The notes under the pieces: model-generated | Databases searched by the model: none | What the model was told of the DNA's origin: nothing | What the model saw: only the letters and a program-made list of their open reading frames with translations | In this document: positions 10,339 to 22,597 of the stretch, one piece after another | Layout of the letters: every line of letters starts with the position of its first letter | Position numbering within the stretch: the stretch's first letter is position 1 | Sequence record: PZ452610.1 | Reading direction: 5' to 3' (one strand) | Length of the DNA: 64,000 nucleotides | DNA from: a phage | Position numbers and translations under genes: made by a program

Positions 10339-12585
10339 ACAAGCAGAGCAATCTTCAGCTTTAGGTGTTTCTAATTCGTAGTCATCTGTACCTGACCCAT
10401 CACGAGTGTTATGATAGTAGAGGTTTTTTCCGCCAAAGTACCAGAAGTAAAGCAGATCGTCAAGCATTACCGACATTGGCACTTTACCTTTCTCAAATAC
10501 TGCAGGGTCATAGTAAGTATTAGCAGAAGCAGATTGGCACACCCATTTCAACATGATAGCAACTTGGGTCAAATAAGGTTTATTACCTTTCTTAGCAAGT
10601 TTCCACGCATAGTCGTAAAGACTCATGTTATGTTCGATATTAGGAACAACCTGTCGGAAGTTGCCTTCTTTAGATTCTTTAATACTTACTGGACCGCGTG
10701 GTGGCTCAATCCCGTTTGTAGAGTTTGATACTTGACTGCTTGACTCACAAGGCATGAGTGCAGACAACGTTGAGTTACGAATTCCATGTTCTTTGAGTTC
10801 AGCTCGAAGTTCTTCCCAGTCACAGACGTAGTTCGGGGCTGCGATTTGGTCAATCTTTTTATTGTACCAGTCGATAGGTAATTCGCCTCTAGACCATTTA
10901 GTGTCTGAATAATACTCGCAACATCCTTTTTCTTTGGCGAGTTTGATTGATGCTTTGATAAGGCCATATTGCAATCTCTCAAACAATTCATGAGTCAAAT
11001 CGTTAGCGTCTTCATATGAAGCGAAGTTAGAAGCTAACCATGCGGCATAGTTCGTAACACCGACACCGAGGTTTCGACGCTTTTTAGCTTTTAAAGCTTC
11101 TGGAACCGGATAATCTTGATAGTCTAACAGGTTATCAAGTGCACGTACTTGTACTTCAGCAAGTTCATTAATTTTATCTTGGTCTTGCCAATCAAATTTA
11201 TCTAATACAAAAGCAGATAATGTGCATAAACCAATTTCAGCATCAGGACCATTCACATCATTAGTTGGAATAGCGATTTCACAACATAAGTTACTCTGAC
11301 GAATTGGAGCTTTTTCACGAATAAATGGAGTGTAGTTGTTCGTGTTATCAACGAATTGTGGATAAATTCGAGCAGTACCAGAGCGTTCAGTCATGAACAA
11401 TTCAAAGAGTTCTAGTGCTTTGATTCTTTTCTTTCTGATTGACGGGTCTTTTTCAGCTTTCTCATAAAGCTCACGGAATTTATCTTGATCTTCAAAGAAC
11501 GAGTAGTATAGTTCGCCTGACATTTCGTGAGGGCTAAATAAAGTAATATAATCATTTTTACCAAGGCGTTCCATCATAAGGTCATTAATCTGAATTCCGT
11601 AGTCCATATGTCGAATACGGTTTTCATCCACGCCTTTGTTATTTTTCAGAACTAATAGGTTCTCTACTTCTAAGTGCCACATCGGATAATACGCTGTAGC
11701 AGCACCACCACGAATACCACCTTGAGAACAAGATTTTACTGCAGTTTGGAAATGTTTCCAGAATGGAATAACACCTGTATGTCGAACTTCACCCATACCA
11801 ATCTTAGAACCTTCTGCACGAAGCATACCAACGTTGATACCAATACCAGCTCGTTTAGAAATATATTCAATAATTGATGCTGAAGTTTTGTTAATAGATT
11901 TTAACGAATCACCGGCTTCAATAACTACACAACTAGAGAACTGGCGAGTTGGAGTACGAGCACCTGCCATAATTGGAGTAGGCAATGAAACTTGATGAGT
12001 AGAAACGGCGTCATAAAAACGAATAATATGTTTCAAACGGTCATGAGTTTCGTCTTGATGTAAGGCCATGCCAATAGCCATGATAGCAAACTGTGGAGTT
12101 TCATAAATCTTCCCAGTTGTTTTATCTTTAACTAGATATTTTTCTTTAAGCTGCATAGCACCAGCATAAGTCAGGTCAAAGTCTCGTTCATGTTTAATCT
12201 GTGAATCGAGATAAATGATTTCTTCTGCTGAATATTGAGACAACAGCTCAGGGTCATATTTGCCTTCATTAACACAGTAAGAAATATGGTCGATAAAAGC
12301 AGGCGGTTCAAACTGCCCATATACATCTTTACGAAGTGCAAACATTAGCCCTTTGGCGGCGACATACTGATAATCAGGTTCTTCGACAGAAATCGAGTTA
12401 GCTGCAACTTTAATACAAATCTTCTGAATATCTTTGGTGCTCATCCCATCGACAAGATGGGTCTTAATTTCTTCGTACAATTCATATGGGTCAATTTGTG
12501 TTCCTTCACACTGCCAAGTTAAGACTTGAATAATTTTCTGTGCATCAAAATTTTGGGATACCCCACTGCTCTTAATTACTTGCAT
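10330..12585 (-). CDS. nrdA: ribonucleotide reductase large subunit
   Basis: 751 aa; class Ia R1 with C-terminal redox cysteines (CSACKL); T4 NrdA-like. Confidence 0.95.
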   Translation of the reverse strand: MQVIKSSGVSQNFDAQKIIQVLTWQCEGTQIDPYELYEEIKTHLVDGMSTKDIQKICIKVAANSISVEEPDYQYVAAKGLMFALRKDVYGQFEPPAFIDHISYCVNEGKYDPELLSQYSAEEIIYLDSQIKHERDFDLTYAGAMQLKEKYLVKDKTTGKIYETPQFAIMAIGMALHQDETHDRLKHIIRFYDAVSTHQVSLPTPIMAGARTPTRQFSSCVVIEAGDSLKSINKTSASIIEYISKRAGIGINVGMLRAEGSKIGMGEVRHTGVIPFWKHFQTAVKSCSQGGIRGGAATAYYPMWHLEVENLLVLKNNKGVDENRIRHMDYGIQINDLMMERLGKNDYITLFSPHEMSGELYYSFFEDQDKFRELYEKAEKDPSIRKKRIKALELFELFMTERSGTARIYPQFVDNTNNYTPFIREKAPIRQSNLCCEIAIPTNDVNGPDAEIGLCTLSAFVLDKFDWQDQDKINELAEVQVRALDNLLDYQDYPVPEALKAKKRRNLGVGVTNYAAWLASNFASYEDANDLTHELFERLQYGLIKASIKLAKEKGCCEYYSDTKWSRGELPIDWYNKKIDQIAAPNYVCDWEELRAELKEHGIRNSTLSALMPCESSSQVSNSTNGIEPPRGPVSIKESKEGNFRQVVPNIEHNMSLYDYAWKLAKKGNKPYLTQVAIMLKWVCQSASANTYYDPAVFEKGKVPMSVMLDDLLYFWYFGGKNLYYHNTRDGSGTDDYELETPKAEDCSACKL

Positions 12586-12620
12586 ATATTCCTCAGTATA
12601 GGTTGATAGACATTACTCCA

Positions 12621-12643
12621 AACGGGATAGTATTTATCCCGTT
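12621..12643 (-). promoter_or_regulatory. perfect 9-bp stem-loop in nrdA 5' leader
   Basis: aacgggata-gtatt-tatcccgtt; no U-run; between 84-aa ORF stop and nrdA start. Confidence 0.4.
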
Positions 12644-12648
12644 AATTT

Positions 12649-12672
12649 ATTATACACTTTTAAACTGAAGCG
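12649..12672 (-). promoter_or_regulatory. candidate MotA-dependent middle promoter (nrdA)
   Basis: minus strand CGCTTCA (imperfect MotA box) + 11 bp + TATAAT; transcript would start within hairpin 12621-12643. Confidence 0.3.
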
Positions 12673-12927
12673 TTAATTATCCTCAGCAATAATTTCTTTG
12701 TATTCTTTAGGAGTCAAGACCGTAATATCGAAATAAACCAATGGTTCTTTTTCCATACCGTAACCACCACAAAATTCACGATATTCATAAATTCGTTCAT
12801 GTGAATAACAAATGAATCGTTCACCTTTAACTGTGATTTCACTATTTGGTGAAGGGATATCCAGTTCACTTGGATTTTTCATTTCAAAAATTGTGGTGCC
12901 ATATGAATTAATAAAACGTAAAATCAT
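12673..12927 (-). CDS. hypothetical protein
   Basis: 84 aa ORF between td and nrdA. Confidence 0.5.
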   Translation of the reverse strand: MILRFINSYGTTIFEMKNPSELDIPSPNSEITVKGERFICYSHERIYEYREFCGGYGMEKEPLVYFDITVLTPKEYKEIIAEDN

Positions 12928-14611
<1,684 letters not shown>

Positions 14612-14620
14612 TGTATTTCC

Positions 14621-14863
14621 TCAAACAGACTTTTTCACAATTTTCCAATCAGCTTTAAATTGGTCGACATCCGAGTGATAAATCCAGAATCCGGATGATA
14701 TACCATCTTCGTAGAGTGGACATCCATCACATTCTTCATTCCATCCCATTTCACGTAAAGCTTCTTCAGCTTGTTCAAGGAGTTCAGCATCTTTACCAAC
14801 GACGTTGAAGTACCATTTACCTCTAACTTCTGAATCTTTGATGCTCTGGCGTTGCAATCTCAT
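14621..14863 (-). CDS. hypothetical protein
   Basis: 80 aa ORF with early promoter 14898-14927. Confidence 0.55.
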   Translation of the reverse strand: MRLQRQSIKDSEVRGKWYFNVVGKDAELLEQAEEALREMGWNEECDGCPLYEDGISSGFWIYHSDVDQFKADWKIVKKSV

Positions 14864-14897
14864 TTTATTCTCCTCTTCACTTTTATTTGATAGGACT

Positions 14898-14927
14898 ACT
14901 ATAACATAGCCCTATCTTGTTATAAAC
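14898..14927 (-). promoter_or_regulatory. T4-type early promoter
   Basis: GTTTAT -35, 18 bp, TATAGT -10; upstream of start 14863. Confidence 0.45.
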
Positions 14928-15319
14928 TACTTTTTAAAAGTTTTTTGCAAAAGTTTGATGATTTCGTCGACGTTGGTTTCATCTACGATACAATGGATTT
15001 TTGTTACACCTAAAGTTATACCTTCGTTAGTAGGTTGAGGCTTTACTAAATCTACCTCAGTAAAGTATTTGAACTCGTCAGGATAAATCTCAAAATAAGT
15101 TTCAATTTCACCACCGGCAGAACATACAGTACCATCTTCCATAGTTACACTTACTACGTTTGACATATCGCTATCATAATCAGGTTCCATTCCGTTTACA
15201 ACAAAACTAGGCCCGTGGAGTTCAATCAATTTTAACATCTTAGCGTTATTGTGTGGTGCTTCTTGAACAAAGTCATCTTTAAATAAAGGGTTAATGATAT
15301 AAGATTTTCCGATTTCCAT
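14927..15319 (-). CDS. hypothetical protein
   Basis: 130 aa ORF with early promoter 15349-15377, downstream of gene 32 terminator. Confidence 0.55.
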   Translation of the reverse strand: MEIGKSYIINPLFKDDFVQEAPHNNAKMLKLIELHGPSFVVNGMEPDYDSDMSNVVSVTMEDGTVCSAGGEIETYFEIYPDEFKYFTEVDLVKPQPTNEGITLGVTKIHCIVDETNVDEIIKLLQKTFKK

Positions 15320-15348
15320 TTTGATTTCCTCATGTTGTTGATAAGTCT

Positions 15349-15377
15349 ATACTAACACATCCAGGGAAGAAGTAAAC
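15349..15377 (-). promoter_or_regulatory. T4-type early promoter
   Basis: GTTTAC -35, 17 bp, TAGTAT -10; upstream of start 15319, just after gene 32 terminator. Confidence 0.5.
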
Positions 15378-15409
15378 AACTTTTTTTGGCAATTTACAGA
15401 TACTCAAAA

Positions 15410-15427
15410 GGGAGACCGAAGTCTCCC
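15410..15427 (-). terminator. intrinsic terminator downstream of gene 32
   Basis: GGGAGAC-UUCG-GUCUCCC followed by UUUUGAGUAU; 6 nt after gene 32 stop. Confidence 0.65.
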
Positions 15428-15433
15428 AATTTA

Positions 15434-16333
15434 TTATAGACCAGCTAACAGGTCATCGAGGTCGCCATCGTCAGAAGACGAGGAACTCATGAAGTCATCT
15501 TCAGTTTTTGCAGAACTAAAGGCTTCCATGTCTTTATCAAAATCGTCAAGGTCAGAAGCAACTTTATCTGCAACAGAAGCTGCGGCAGCTGCTGCACCGC
15601 CCAGAGCGGCAGTACCAAGAACTTGATTAAATTTAGTATTCAATTCTTCAAACGATTTGAACTTATCTTTAGAAGTCATTTCAGAAAGGTCAACCATTTG
15701 TTCGAACAATTCTTTCTGGAAAGATTCATCATCAATGTTTGGAATCGCAGATTGATTCAGGAATTTAGATTCGTCGTAGTTACTGAAACCAGAAACCTGT
15801 TTAACTTTCAGCACAAAGTTAGCACCTTCCCATGGGCAAGTTACATCAACAGGAGTTTCACCCATTTCAGTATCAACTGCAATCATTGCATTGATTTTGT
15901 CCCAAATCTTTTTACCAAAACGGTATTTGAATACTTTACCTTCATTATCTGGAGCTTGAGGGTCTTTAACAACCAGAATATTAGCCCAATAAGAAGTTTT
16001 ACGTTTCAGTTGAGAATATTCAGTTTTGTTGGTATTGTACAGGTCATTTTTACTAATGTACTGACATACAGGACAAGAGTCATAATCGCCGTGTGTAGAT
16101 GAACAGGTTTCAATATACCATTTGCCATTTTTCTTGAACCCGTGGTTAACAAGAATTGCAAATGGAAGTGCGTCATCTGTTTTTGCCGGCAGGAAACGAA
16201 TTACCGCTTGACCATTACCGGATGCGTCGAGTTTCAGCTTCCATTCACCTTTATCTTCTGAAGAGAAACCTTTGTTACCATTCAGTTTAGCCATCTGAGC
16301 AGCGAGGTCAGCAGTAGATTTACGTTTAAACAT
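15434..16333 (-). CDS. 32: gp32 single-stranded DNA-binding protein
   Basis: 299 aa; near-identical to T4 gp32 over N-terminal 200 aa, acidic C-terminal tail. Confidence 0.95.
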   Translation of the reverse strand: MFKRKSTADLAAQMAKLNGNKGFSSEDKGEWKLKLDASGNGQAVIRFLPAKTDDALPFAILVNHGFKKNGKWYIETCSSTHGDYDSCPVCQYISKNDLYNTNKTEYSQLKRKTSYWANILVVKDPQAPDNEGKVFKYRFGKKIWDKINAMIAVDTEMGETPVDVTCPWEGANFVLKVKQVSGFSNYDESKFLNQSAIPNIDDESFQKELFEQMVDLSEMTSKDKFKSFEELNTKFNQVLGTAALGGAAAAAASVADKVASDLDDFDKDMEAFSSAKTEDDFMSSSSSDDGDLDDLLAGL

Positions 16334-16402
16334 TATATTTACCTTTATTTAGATTATTTAATTTATTTACAGTTGGTTGCTACGACACTTATACCTCGTA
16401 GC
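16334..16402 (-). promoter_or_regulatory. gene 32 5' leader: hairpin plus A/U-rich unstructured tract (autoregulatory translational operator-like)
   Basis: 7-bp stem GCUACGA...UCGUAGC at 16379-16402 followed on mRNA by about 45 nt of AAAUAAAUUAAAUAAUCUAAAUAAAGGUAAAUAUA before AUG. Confidence 0.5.
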
Positions 16403-16412
16403 TGGTATGTTT

Positions 16413-16420
16413 TATTTATA
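16413..16420 (-). promoter_or_regulatory. T4 late promoter (TATAAATA) for gene 32
   Basis: TATAAATA on minus strand about 80 nt upstream of gene 32 start. Confidence 0.5.
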
Positions 16421-16425
16421 CGGTA

Positions 16426-16451
16426 ATTCTAACATAGATAAAATAAAGCTT
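16426..16451 (-). promoter_or_regulatory. candidate MotA-dependent middle promoter (gene 32)
   Basis: minus strand AAGCTTTAT + 11 bp + TAGAAT, inside 3' end of gene 59. Confidence 0.35.
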
Positions 16452-17103
16452 AATACTTACATGATTTGATTGTTTCTATGAACAATTTCTTAGCAGCATT
16501 TCCATCGATTTGAAGTATTTTTCGATATGCCTTTAATTTAGTAGAATAATTTTGCCAGACTAAGTTATCGGTGAGTTCGTCGTGCTTATCTATAATATTC
16601 AAAAATGAGTCCAACAATAAGAAAGTCTCAAATGAAATTATATTGCTTTGTAGCAATTTGAATATGTAGCTCGTCTGAACGTTGTTATTATAATCAAATA
16701 TCTCTTGAAGCGCACTAACTTCAACTTTCTTACTGAAATAGTAGATGTTACGTACGTCTTCAGCAAACGTCTCTTTAGCTTGTTTGAGACGTCCAATATA
16801 TTCCCTATAGAAAACTAATGCATCAGCGTCTGATATCTCACCAATCCATGCGTCTTGGTTAGCAACTAAGTTGCTTATGAATATCAAGGTGAGTTCCTTC
16901 AATTTATATTTCTCTGCTAGTTTTTCAAAGAAATATTTATCTCGGCGTTTTTGATACGCATTATCCGAAACACGCATGCACCAGTTATATTTGATTACGT
17001 CATACCGACCATTAAAATGTTGTTTGCACATCAAGTATAGTTTGTATACCGATTTTCCGTTAATATAACGTTCTCCATCAGGAGGCATGCGTATTTTAAT
17101 CAT
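16450..17103 (-). CDS. 59: gp59 helicase-loading protein
   Basis: 217 aa; about 85% identical to remembered T4 gp59. Confidence 0.95.
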   Translation of the reverse strand: MIKIRMPPDGERYINGKSVYKLYLMCKQHFNGRYDVIKYNWCMRVSDNAYQKRRDKYFFEKLAEKYKLKELTLIFISNLVANQDAWIGEISDADALVFYREYIGRLKQAKETFAEDVRNIYYFSKKVEVSALQEIFDYNNNVQTSYIFKLLQSNIISFETFLLLDSFLNIIDKHDELTDNLVWQNYSTKLKAYRKILQIDGNAAKKLFIETIKSCKY

Positions 17104-17438
17104 AATAAGAAATCTAACGTATTAGTTTTTTCACCACGAGCAACTGATGGGCGAAGCATGTTTTCGTCAATTGCTTCGCTTGTAATTTTTTCAACAATTC
17201 CTGTAGGAATAAATTTAGCAAATTGTGTTTCTGGAATAGAATTTTCTTCCAAGAAAGCAGTTGTTGCTTCTAAATAAGACATACCAAATTGTTCAACCAT
17301 GGATTCGATAATGAATCCGTTTTCTTGTCGGTCAAGCAATTTAGCGATATCATCTTTATCGTGTTTTACTGCTAATTCTTGTTCAGATAAACCGGCCTCA
17401 TCAACCGGTTTAATATCACTTAGTGAAAACTGTGTCAT
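17100..17438 (-). CDS. 33: gp33 late-transcription co-activator
   Basis: 112 aa (same length as T4 gp33), position between 59 and dsbA. Confidence 0.6.
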   Translation of the reverse strand: MTQFSLSDIKPVDEAGLSEQELAVKHDKDDIAKLLDRQENGFIIESMVEQFGMSYLEATTAFLEENSIPETQFAKFIPTGIVEKITSEAIDENMLRPSVARGEKTNTLDFLL

Positions 17439-17703
17439 AAAGCTCGACTACCTCTTCGTTTTCAGCTTCAAATTGGTCACGAGCGTCTTTATGATAAAGA
17501 GCTAACAAACGATTAAACATTTTTCCATCGACGCCAAGTTCTTCTTTAGCACGAGTACGAATGTCTTTAATCAGTTCATTATAACCAGAAATTTTAAGTT
17601 TGTTATCGGAAGCTTCCTTGACTAGTTTAGCCAGTTCTTCACCATGCACATCTTGATTAAATTCAACTGCTTCTTTCTTAGCCATGTTTACCTCAGAATT
17701 CAT
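17416..17703 (-). CDS. dsbA: DsbA double-stranded DNA-binding protein
   Basis: 95 aa ORF at the T4 dsbA position between rnh and 33. Confidence 0.55.
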   Translation of the reverse strand: MNSEVNMAKKEAVEFNQDVHGEELAKLVKEASDNKLKISGYNELIKDIRTRAKEELGVDGKMFNRLLALYHKDARDQFEAENEEVVELYDTVFTK

Positions 17704-18610
17704 TAATTACACTTGTTAATTTAGAAAGACCAGATTTTACAAAATATGAATAAATCTTGCCTTTAGGTTGTTGTTTATATGAGTTATAATACTCTATAAT
17801 GGTTGAAGCAATATTATCAGGGATATAATCAAAATCAATGAGAACCAAATTTTCTTGATACCGTTTATATTCTTCTGCACTTAATAATACTTCAGCTTGA
17901 GAACGGTCATTGGCAATTGCTTCAATAATCGATGTTTTCATGCTCGGAGTTCGTTCACCATCAACTCTGGTAAACCAGAAGTCGCCACGAACTCGAACAG
18001 ATGCAACACCATCCTTACGGTCACCTTTAAGAATTTTAGTCATGCAATCAATTTCAGCAGAACCGTTCTTAATTTTAACCCATTTTTTCTGTGGTGGCGA
18101 CCACTGTTTAACATTAGGATATTTGTGTAATTGTGTAAAGTCACCATCTGATGCAACAATACATACCTTATGACCGGCTAATGACAAATATTTAGTTAAT
18201 ACACCGATATGGTCATCCGCTTCATACTTGTCAATATCCATTACAACGTATGGCATGTATTTCTTAATCTCATCAACAACTTGATGGAGTGCAGTAAAAT
18301 ATCCTTCCCAATCCCACTTTGAAGCTTCACGATCGGTTTTACGATTTTTCTTGTAATAGTAAGCAAAATCACGTCGCCAATAACCTGAAGTAGCATTATC
18401 CATACACAATACAAATTTTGTATAGCCTTGCTTACGGAACATCACCACGTTTTTACGAATTGAATTCAAGATTACATGTCGAACCATTGGAACAGTAATT
18501 TTATCGCCATCTTCAAAGTTGTTTAATGCGGCTGCCAATGCAATGTTACTAAAGTCAGCAAGTGCAATACCTTCTTTGTAATCTTCATCCAACATCATTT
18601 CTAAATCCAT
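17693..18610 (-). CDS. rnh: RNase H (5'-3' exonuclease, FEN-like)
   Basis: 305 aa; matches T4 RNase H (WRRDFAYYYKKNR, IASDGDFTQL). Confidence 0.95.
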   Translation of the reverse strand: MDLEMMLDEDYKEGIALADFSNIALAAALNNFEDGDKITVPMVRHVILNSIRKNVVMFRKQGYTKFVLCMDNATSGYWRRDFAYYYKKNRKTDREASKWDWEGYFTALHQVVDEIKKYMPYVVMDIDKYEADDHIGVLTKYLSLAGHKVCIVASDGDFTQLHKYPNVKQWSPPQKKWVKIKNGSAEIDCMTKILKGDRKDGVASVRVRGDFWFTRVDGERTPSMKTSIIEAIANDRSQAEVLLSAEEYKRYQENLVLIDFDYIPDNIASTIIEYYNSYKQQPKGKIYSYFVKSGLSKLTSVINEF

Positions 18611-18642
18611 ATGAACCTCTTGTTCAGTTAGTCAACTTGTCT

Positions 18643-18672
18643 ATAGTAACACACTCATTTGAAAGCGTAAAC
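18643..18672 (-). promoter_or_regulatory. T4-type early promoter (rnh)
   Basis: GTTTAC -35, 18 bp, TACTAT -10; upstream of rnh start 18610; back-to-back with gene 34 late promoter. Confidence 0.5.
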
Positions 18673-18675
18673 TGG

Positions 18676-18683
18676 TATAAATA
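18676..18683 (+). promoter_or_regulatory. T4 late promoter (TATAAATA) for gene 34
   Basis: tataaata 31 nt upstream of gene 34 ATG; SD AAAGGA follows. Confidence 0.7.
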
Positions 18684-18713
18684 AGTATTATTGAAACAAT
18701 AAAGGAAAAACGA

Positions 18714-21700
18714 ATGGCCGACATCAAACGTAAGTTCAGAGCCGAAGACGGTCTGGACGCCGGTGGCGACAAGATTGTTAACGTAGCATTAGCCGACCGT
18801 ACAGTAGGTACTGATGGCGTAAACGTTGACTTCCTGGTACAAGAAAACACCGTTCAAGTATATGATTCTACGCGTGGATATAACAAAGGATTTGTTGTTC
18901 TTTATGACAACCGTTTATATCAAGCAATAAATGATATCGTGTCTCCTTCCGGGGCATTTAACCTTTTACAATGGCGTGCAGTTCGTACCGATGCACAATG
19001 GATAACTGTCGCTTCTGGGACTTATCAACTTTCTTCAGGTGAATCTATTTCGGTTAACACTGGTGCCGGCAATGATATGGTTTTCACGTTGCCAAATACG
19101 CCGGTTGATGGTGATACTGTTGTTTTGGCTGATATTGGTGGAAGAACCGGGACAGTTAAAGTACAGATTAACGCGTCTGTGCAGAGTATTTTAAACTTTA
19201 GAGGTGAACAAGTTCGTACAGTTTTAATGACGCGCCCACGTTCACAACTATTGTTTGTGTTTAGTAATCGTTTGTGGCAGATGTATATTACCGATTATGG
19301 TAAAGAATCAATCACTGTTACACCTGCGACACCATATCAAGCACAAGCAAATGATTTTATCGTTCGTCGTTTTACTAGTGCAGCACCAATCAACATTACA
19401 CTTCCACGTAATGCTAACAATGGTGATATAATCAGCCTAGTCGATTTAGATAAATTAAACCCACTGTATCATACAATTGTTAAAACATTTGATGATACAA
19501 CGTCTATTGGTGAAGTCGGGACTCATATTGCCGAAGGCAGAAATGACTCTGACGCGTTTTTTGTTTTTGATGCTGCAAATAGTTTATGGCGTATACGGGA
19601 AGGCGACCAGAAATCACGTCTTCGTATTATCCGTGCGGATTCAAATATTCGTCCAAATGAAGAAGTTCTTATTTTTGGCACAAATAACGCTACAACCGGA
19701 ACTATTAATCTTACGCTGCCTACCAGAATTTTGAGTGGTGACACTGTTAAAATTTCAATGAACTACATGCGTAAAGGCCAAACAGTAAAAATTAAAGCTG
19801 CCGAAGGTGATACAATTGCTTCTTCTGTTGCATTGCTTCAGTTCCCTAAACGTTCTGAATATCCACCTGATGCTCAATGGGTCTCTGTTACTGAACTAGA
19901 ATTCAATGGCACTACTTCATATGTTCCTGTATTAGAATTAGCGTATATCGAAGACACTGATTCTGACACTCACTATTGGGTTGTGCAACAGAATGTCCCT
20001 ACGGTAGAACGTGTTGATGCTGGAAATGATGCTACACGAGCTCGTTTAGGTGTTATTGCTCTTGCTACTCAAGCGCAAGCAAATGTTGATTTAGAGAATA
20101 CTCCAGCTAAAGAAGTGGCTATTACTCCGGAAACATTGGCAAATCGTACAGCAACTGAAGCTCGACGTGGTATCGCTAAAATTGCTACAACAGCACAAGT
20201 TAACCAGAATTCCACAGCATCATTTGTGGACGATACTATTGTTACGCCTAAAAAACTAAATGAGCGTACAGCAACTGAAACTCGTCGCGGTCTTGCTGAA
20301 ATTGCTACTCAGACTGAAACCGATGCTGGTCTTGATGACACAACGATTATTACACCTAAGAAATTGCAGGCACGTCAGGGTTCTGAAACACTATCAGGTA
20401 TAGTTAAATATGTATCAACTACTTCTGCTACTCCTGCTGAAACTCGTGGTGCTGCAGGCACTAACGTTTATAATAAAACCGTAAATAATTTAACTATTTC
20501 TCCTAAAGCCCTTGACCAATATAAAGCAACTTATGCTCAACAAGGTGCAGTAATTTTAGCTGTTGATAGTGAAGTAATTGCTGGTCAATCACAAGCAGGT
20601 TATTCTCACGCTGTAGTAACTCCTGAAACACTACATAAGAAAACTTCTACTGATGGACGTATTGGTTTAATTGAAATTGCTACGCAAGCAGAAACTAATG
20701 CTGGGACTGATTATACACGTGCAGTAACGCCTAAGACGTTAAATGATAGGAAAGCTACGGAAGGATTATCCGGCATAGCCGAACTTGCTACGCAAGTTGA
20801 ATTTGATACTGGAACTGACGATACTCGTATCTCAACTCCACTGAAAATTAAAACTCATTTTGATTCTTCTGACCGTACCAGTGTTAATTCTGATTCCGGA
20901 CTTATTGAAGAAGGAACCTTGTGGAACCATTATACTCTTGATATTTCTAAAGCAAATGAAACACAACGTGGTACACTTCGCGTAGCGACTCAGGCAGAAT
21001 CTAATGCAGGAACTTTAGATGATGTTCTTATTACTCCTAAAAAGCTTTTAGGGACTAAGTCCACTGAAACGTCTGAAGGCGTAATTAAGGTTGCTACTCG
21101 GGCTGAAACTGTAACAGGAACTTCTGCTAATACTGCTGTATCTCCTAAGAATTTAAAATGGATTGTCCAGTCTGAACCAACATGGGCTGCTACTACGGCG
21201 ATTCGTGGATTCGTTAAAACTTCATCTGGTTCTATTACATTCGTTGGTAATGATACAGTTGGTTCAACGCAACCTTTAGAATCATATGAAAAAAATAGCT
21301 ATGCTATATCTCCATATGAATTAAACCGTGTACTTGCTAACTATTTGCCGTTGAAAGCTAAAGCCATAGATAGTAATTTATTAGATGGTCTAGATTCATC
21401 TCAGTTCATTCGTAGGGACATTGCACAGACGGTTAATGGTTCACTAACCTTAACCCAACAAACGAATCTGAGTGCCCCTCTTGTATCATCTAGTACTGCT
21501 ACGTTTGGTGGTTCAGTTTCGGCAAATAGTACATTAACTATTTCTAACTCTGGAACAGCTACTCGACTGATTTTTGAAAAAGGACCTCAGACCGGAACAA
21601 ATCCTGCTCAAACTATGACTATCAGAGTTTGGGGAAATGAATTTGGTGGTGGTTCAGATACAACACGTTCTACTGTATTTGAAGTTGGCGATGAAACATC

Positions 21701-22589
21701 TAATCACTTTTATTCTCAACGTAATAAAGCTGGGAATATAACGTTTAGCATTAATGGTACTGTGATGCCAATAAATGTTAACGCTTCAGGCACGTTAAAT
21801 GCGAATGGCGTTGCAACATTTGGTCGTTCAGTTACAGCCAATGGTGAATTCATTAGCAAGTCTGCAAATGCTTTCAGAGCAATTAGTGGTGATTATGGAT
21901 TCTTTATTCGCAATGATGGCGGCAGCACATATTTTATGCTTACTGCATCTGGTGATCAGACCGGTGGATTTAATGGATTACGTCCATTATCAATTAATAA
22001 CCAATCCGGTCAGATTACAATTGGTGAAGGCTTAATCATTGCCAATGGTGCTACTATAAATTCTGGCGGTTTGACTGTTAACTCGAGAATTCGTTCTCAG
22101 GGTACTAAAACATCCGATTTATATACCCGTGCGCCAACATCTGATAATGTAGGATTCTGGTCAATTGATATTAACGATTCAGCCACTTATAACCAGTTCC
22201 CAGGTTATTTTAAAATGGTTGAAAAAACTAATGAAGTGACTGGGCTTCCATACTTAGAACGTGGCGAAGAAGTTAAATCTCCTGGTACATTGACTCAGTT
22301 TGGTAATACACTTGATTCACTTTACCAAGATTGGATTACTTATCCAACAACCCCAGAAGCACGTACAACCCGTTGGACTCGTACATGGCAGAAAACTAAA
22401 AATTCTTGGTCAAGTTTTGTTCAAGTATTTGATGGGGGTAACCCTCCTCAGCCATCTGATATTGGTGCTTTACCTTCTGATAATGCAACAATCGGAAACT
22501 TGACAATAAGGGATTTCTTAAGGATTGGTAATGTCCGCATTATTCCAGACCCTGTGAATAAATCTGTTAAATTCGAGTGGATTGAATAA
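18714..22589 (+). CDS. 34: gp34 long tail fiber proximal subunit
   Basis: 1291 aa; highly similar to T4 gp34 at both ends; late promoter TATAAATA upstream. Confidence 0.95.
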   Translation: MADIKRKFRAEDGLDAGGDKIVNVALADRTVGTDGVNVDFLVQENTVQVYDSTRGYNKGFVVLYDNRLYQAINDIVSPSGAFNLLQWRAVRTDAQWITVASGTYQLSSGESISVNTGAGNDMVFTLPNTPVDGDTVVLADIGGRTGTVKVQINASVQSILNFRGEQVRTVLMTRPRSQLLFVFSNRLWQMYITDYGKESITVTPATPYQAQANDFIVRRFTSAAPINITLPRNANNGDIISLVDLDKLNPLYHTIVKTFDDTTSIGEVGTHIAEGRNDSDAFFVFDAANSLWRIREGDQKSRLRIIRADSNIRPNEEVLIFGTNNATTGTINLTLPTRILSGDTVKISMNYMRKGQTVKIKAAEGDTIASSVALLQFPKRSEYPPDAQWVSVTELEFNGTTSYVPVLELAYIEDTDSDTHYWVVQQNVPTVERVDAGNDATRARLGVIALATQAQANVDLENTPAKEVAITPETLANRTATEARRGIAKIATTAQVNQNSTASFVDDTIVTPKKLNERTATETRRGLAEIATQTETDAGLDDTTIITPKKLQARQGSETLSGIVKYVSTTSATPAETRGAAGTNVYNKTVNNLTISPKALDQYKATYAQQGAVILAVDSEVIAGQSQAGYSHAVVTPETLHKKTSTDGRIGLIEIATQAETNAGTDYTRAVTPKTLNDRKATEGLSGIAELATQVEFDTGTDDTRISTPLKIKTHFDSSDRTSVNSDSGLIEEGTLWNHYTLDISKANETQRGTLRVATQAESNAGTLDDVLITPKKLLGTKSTETSEGVIKVATRAETVTGTSANTAVSPKNLKWIVQSEPTWAATTAIRGFVKTSSGSITFVGNDTVGSTQPLESYEKNSYAISPYELNRVLANYLPLKAKAIDSNLLDGLDSSQFIRRDIAQTVNGSLTLTQQTNLSAPLVSSSTATFGGSVSANSTLTISNSGTATRLIFEKGPQTGTNPAQTMTIRVWGNEFGGGSDTTRSTVFEVGDETSNHFYSQRNKAGNITFSINGTVMPINVNASGTLNANGVATFGRSVTANGEFISKSANAFRAISGDYGFFIRNDGGSTYFMLTASGDQTGGFNGLRPLSINNQSGQITIGEGLIIANGATINSGGLTVNSRIRSQGTKTSDLYTRAPTSDNVGFWSIDINDSATYNQFPGYFKMVEKTNEVTGLPYLERGEEVKSPGTLTQFGNTLDSLYQDWITYPTTPEARTTRWTRTWQKTKNSWSSFVQVFDGGNPPQPSDIGALPSDNATIGNLTIRDFLRIGNVRIIPDPVNKSVKFEWIE

Positions 22590-22597
22590 GAGGTATT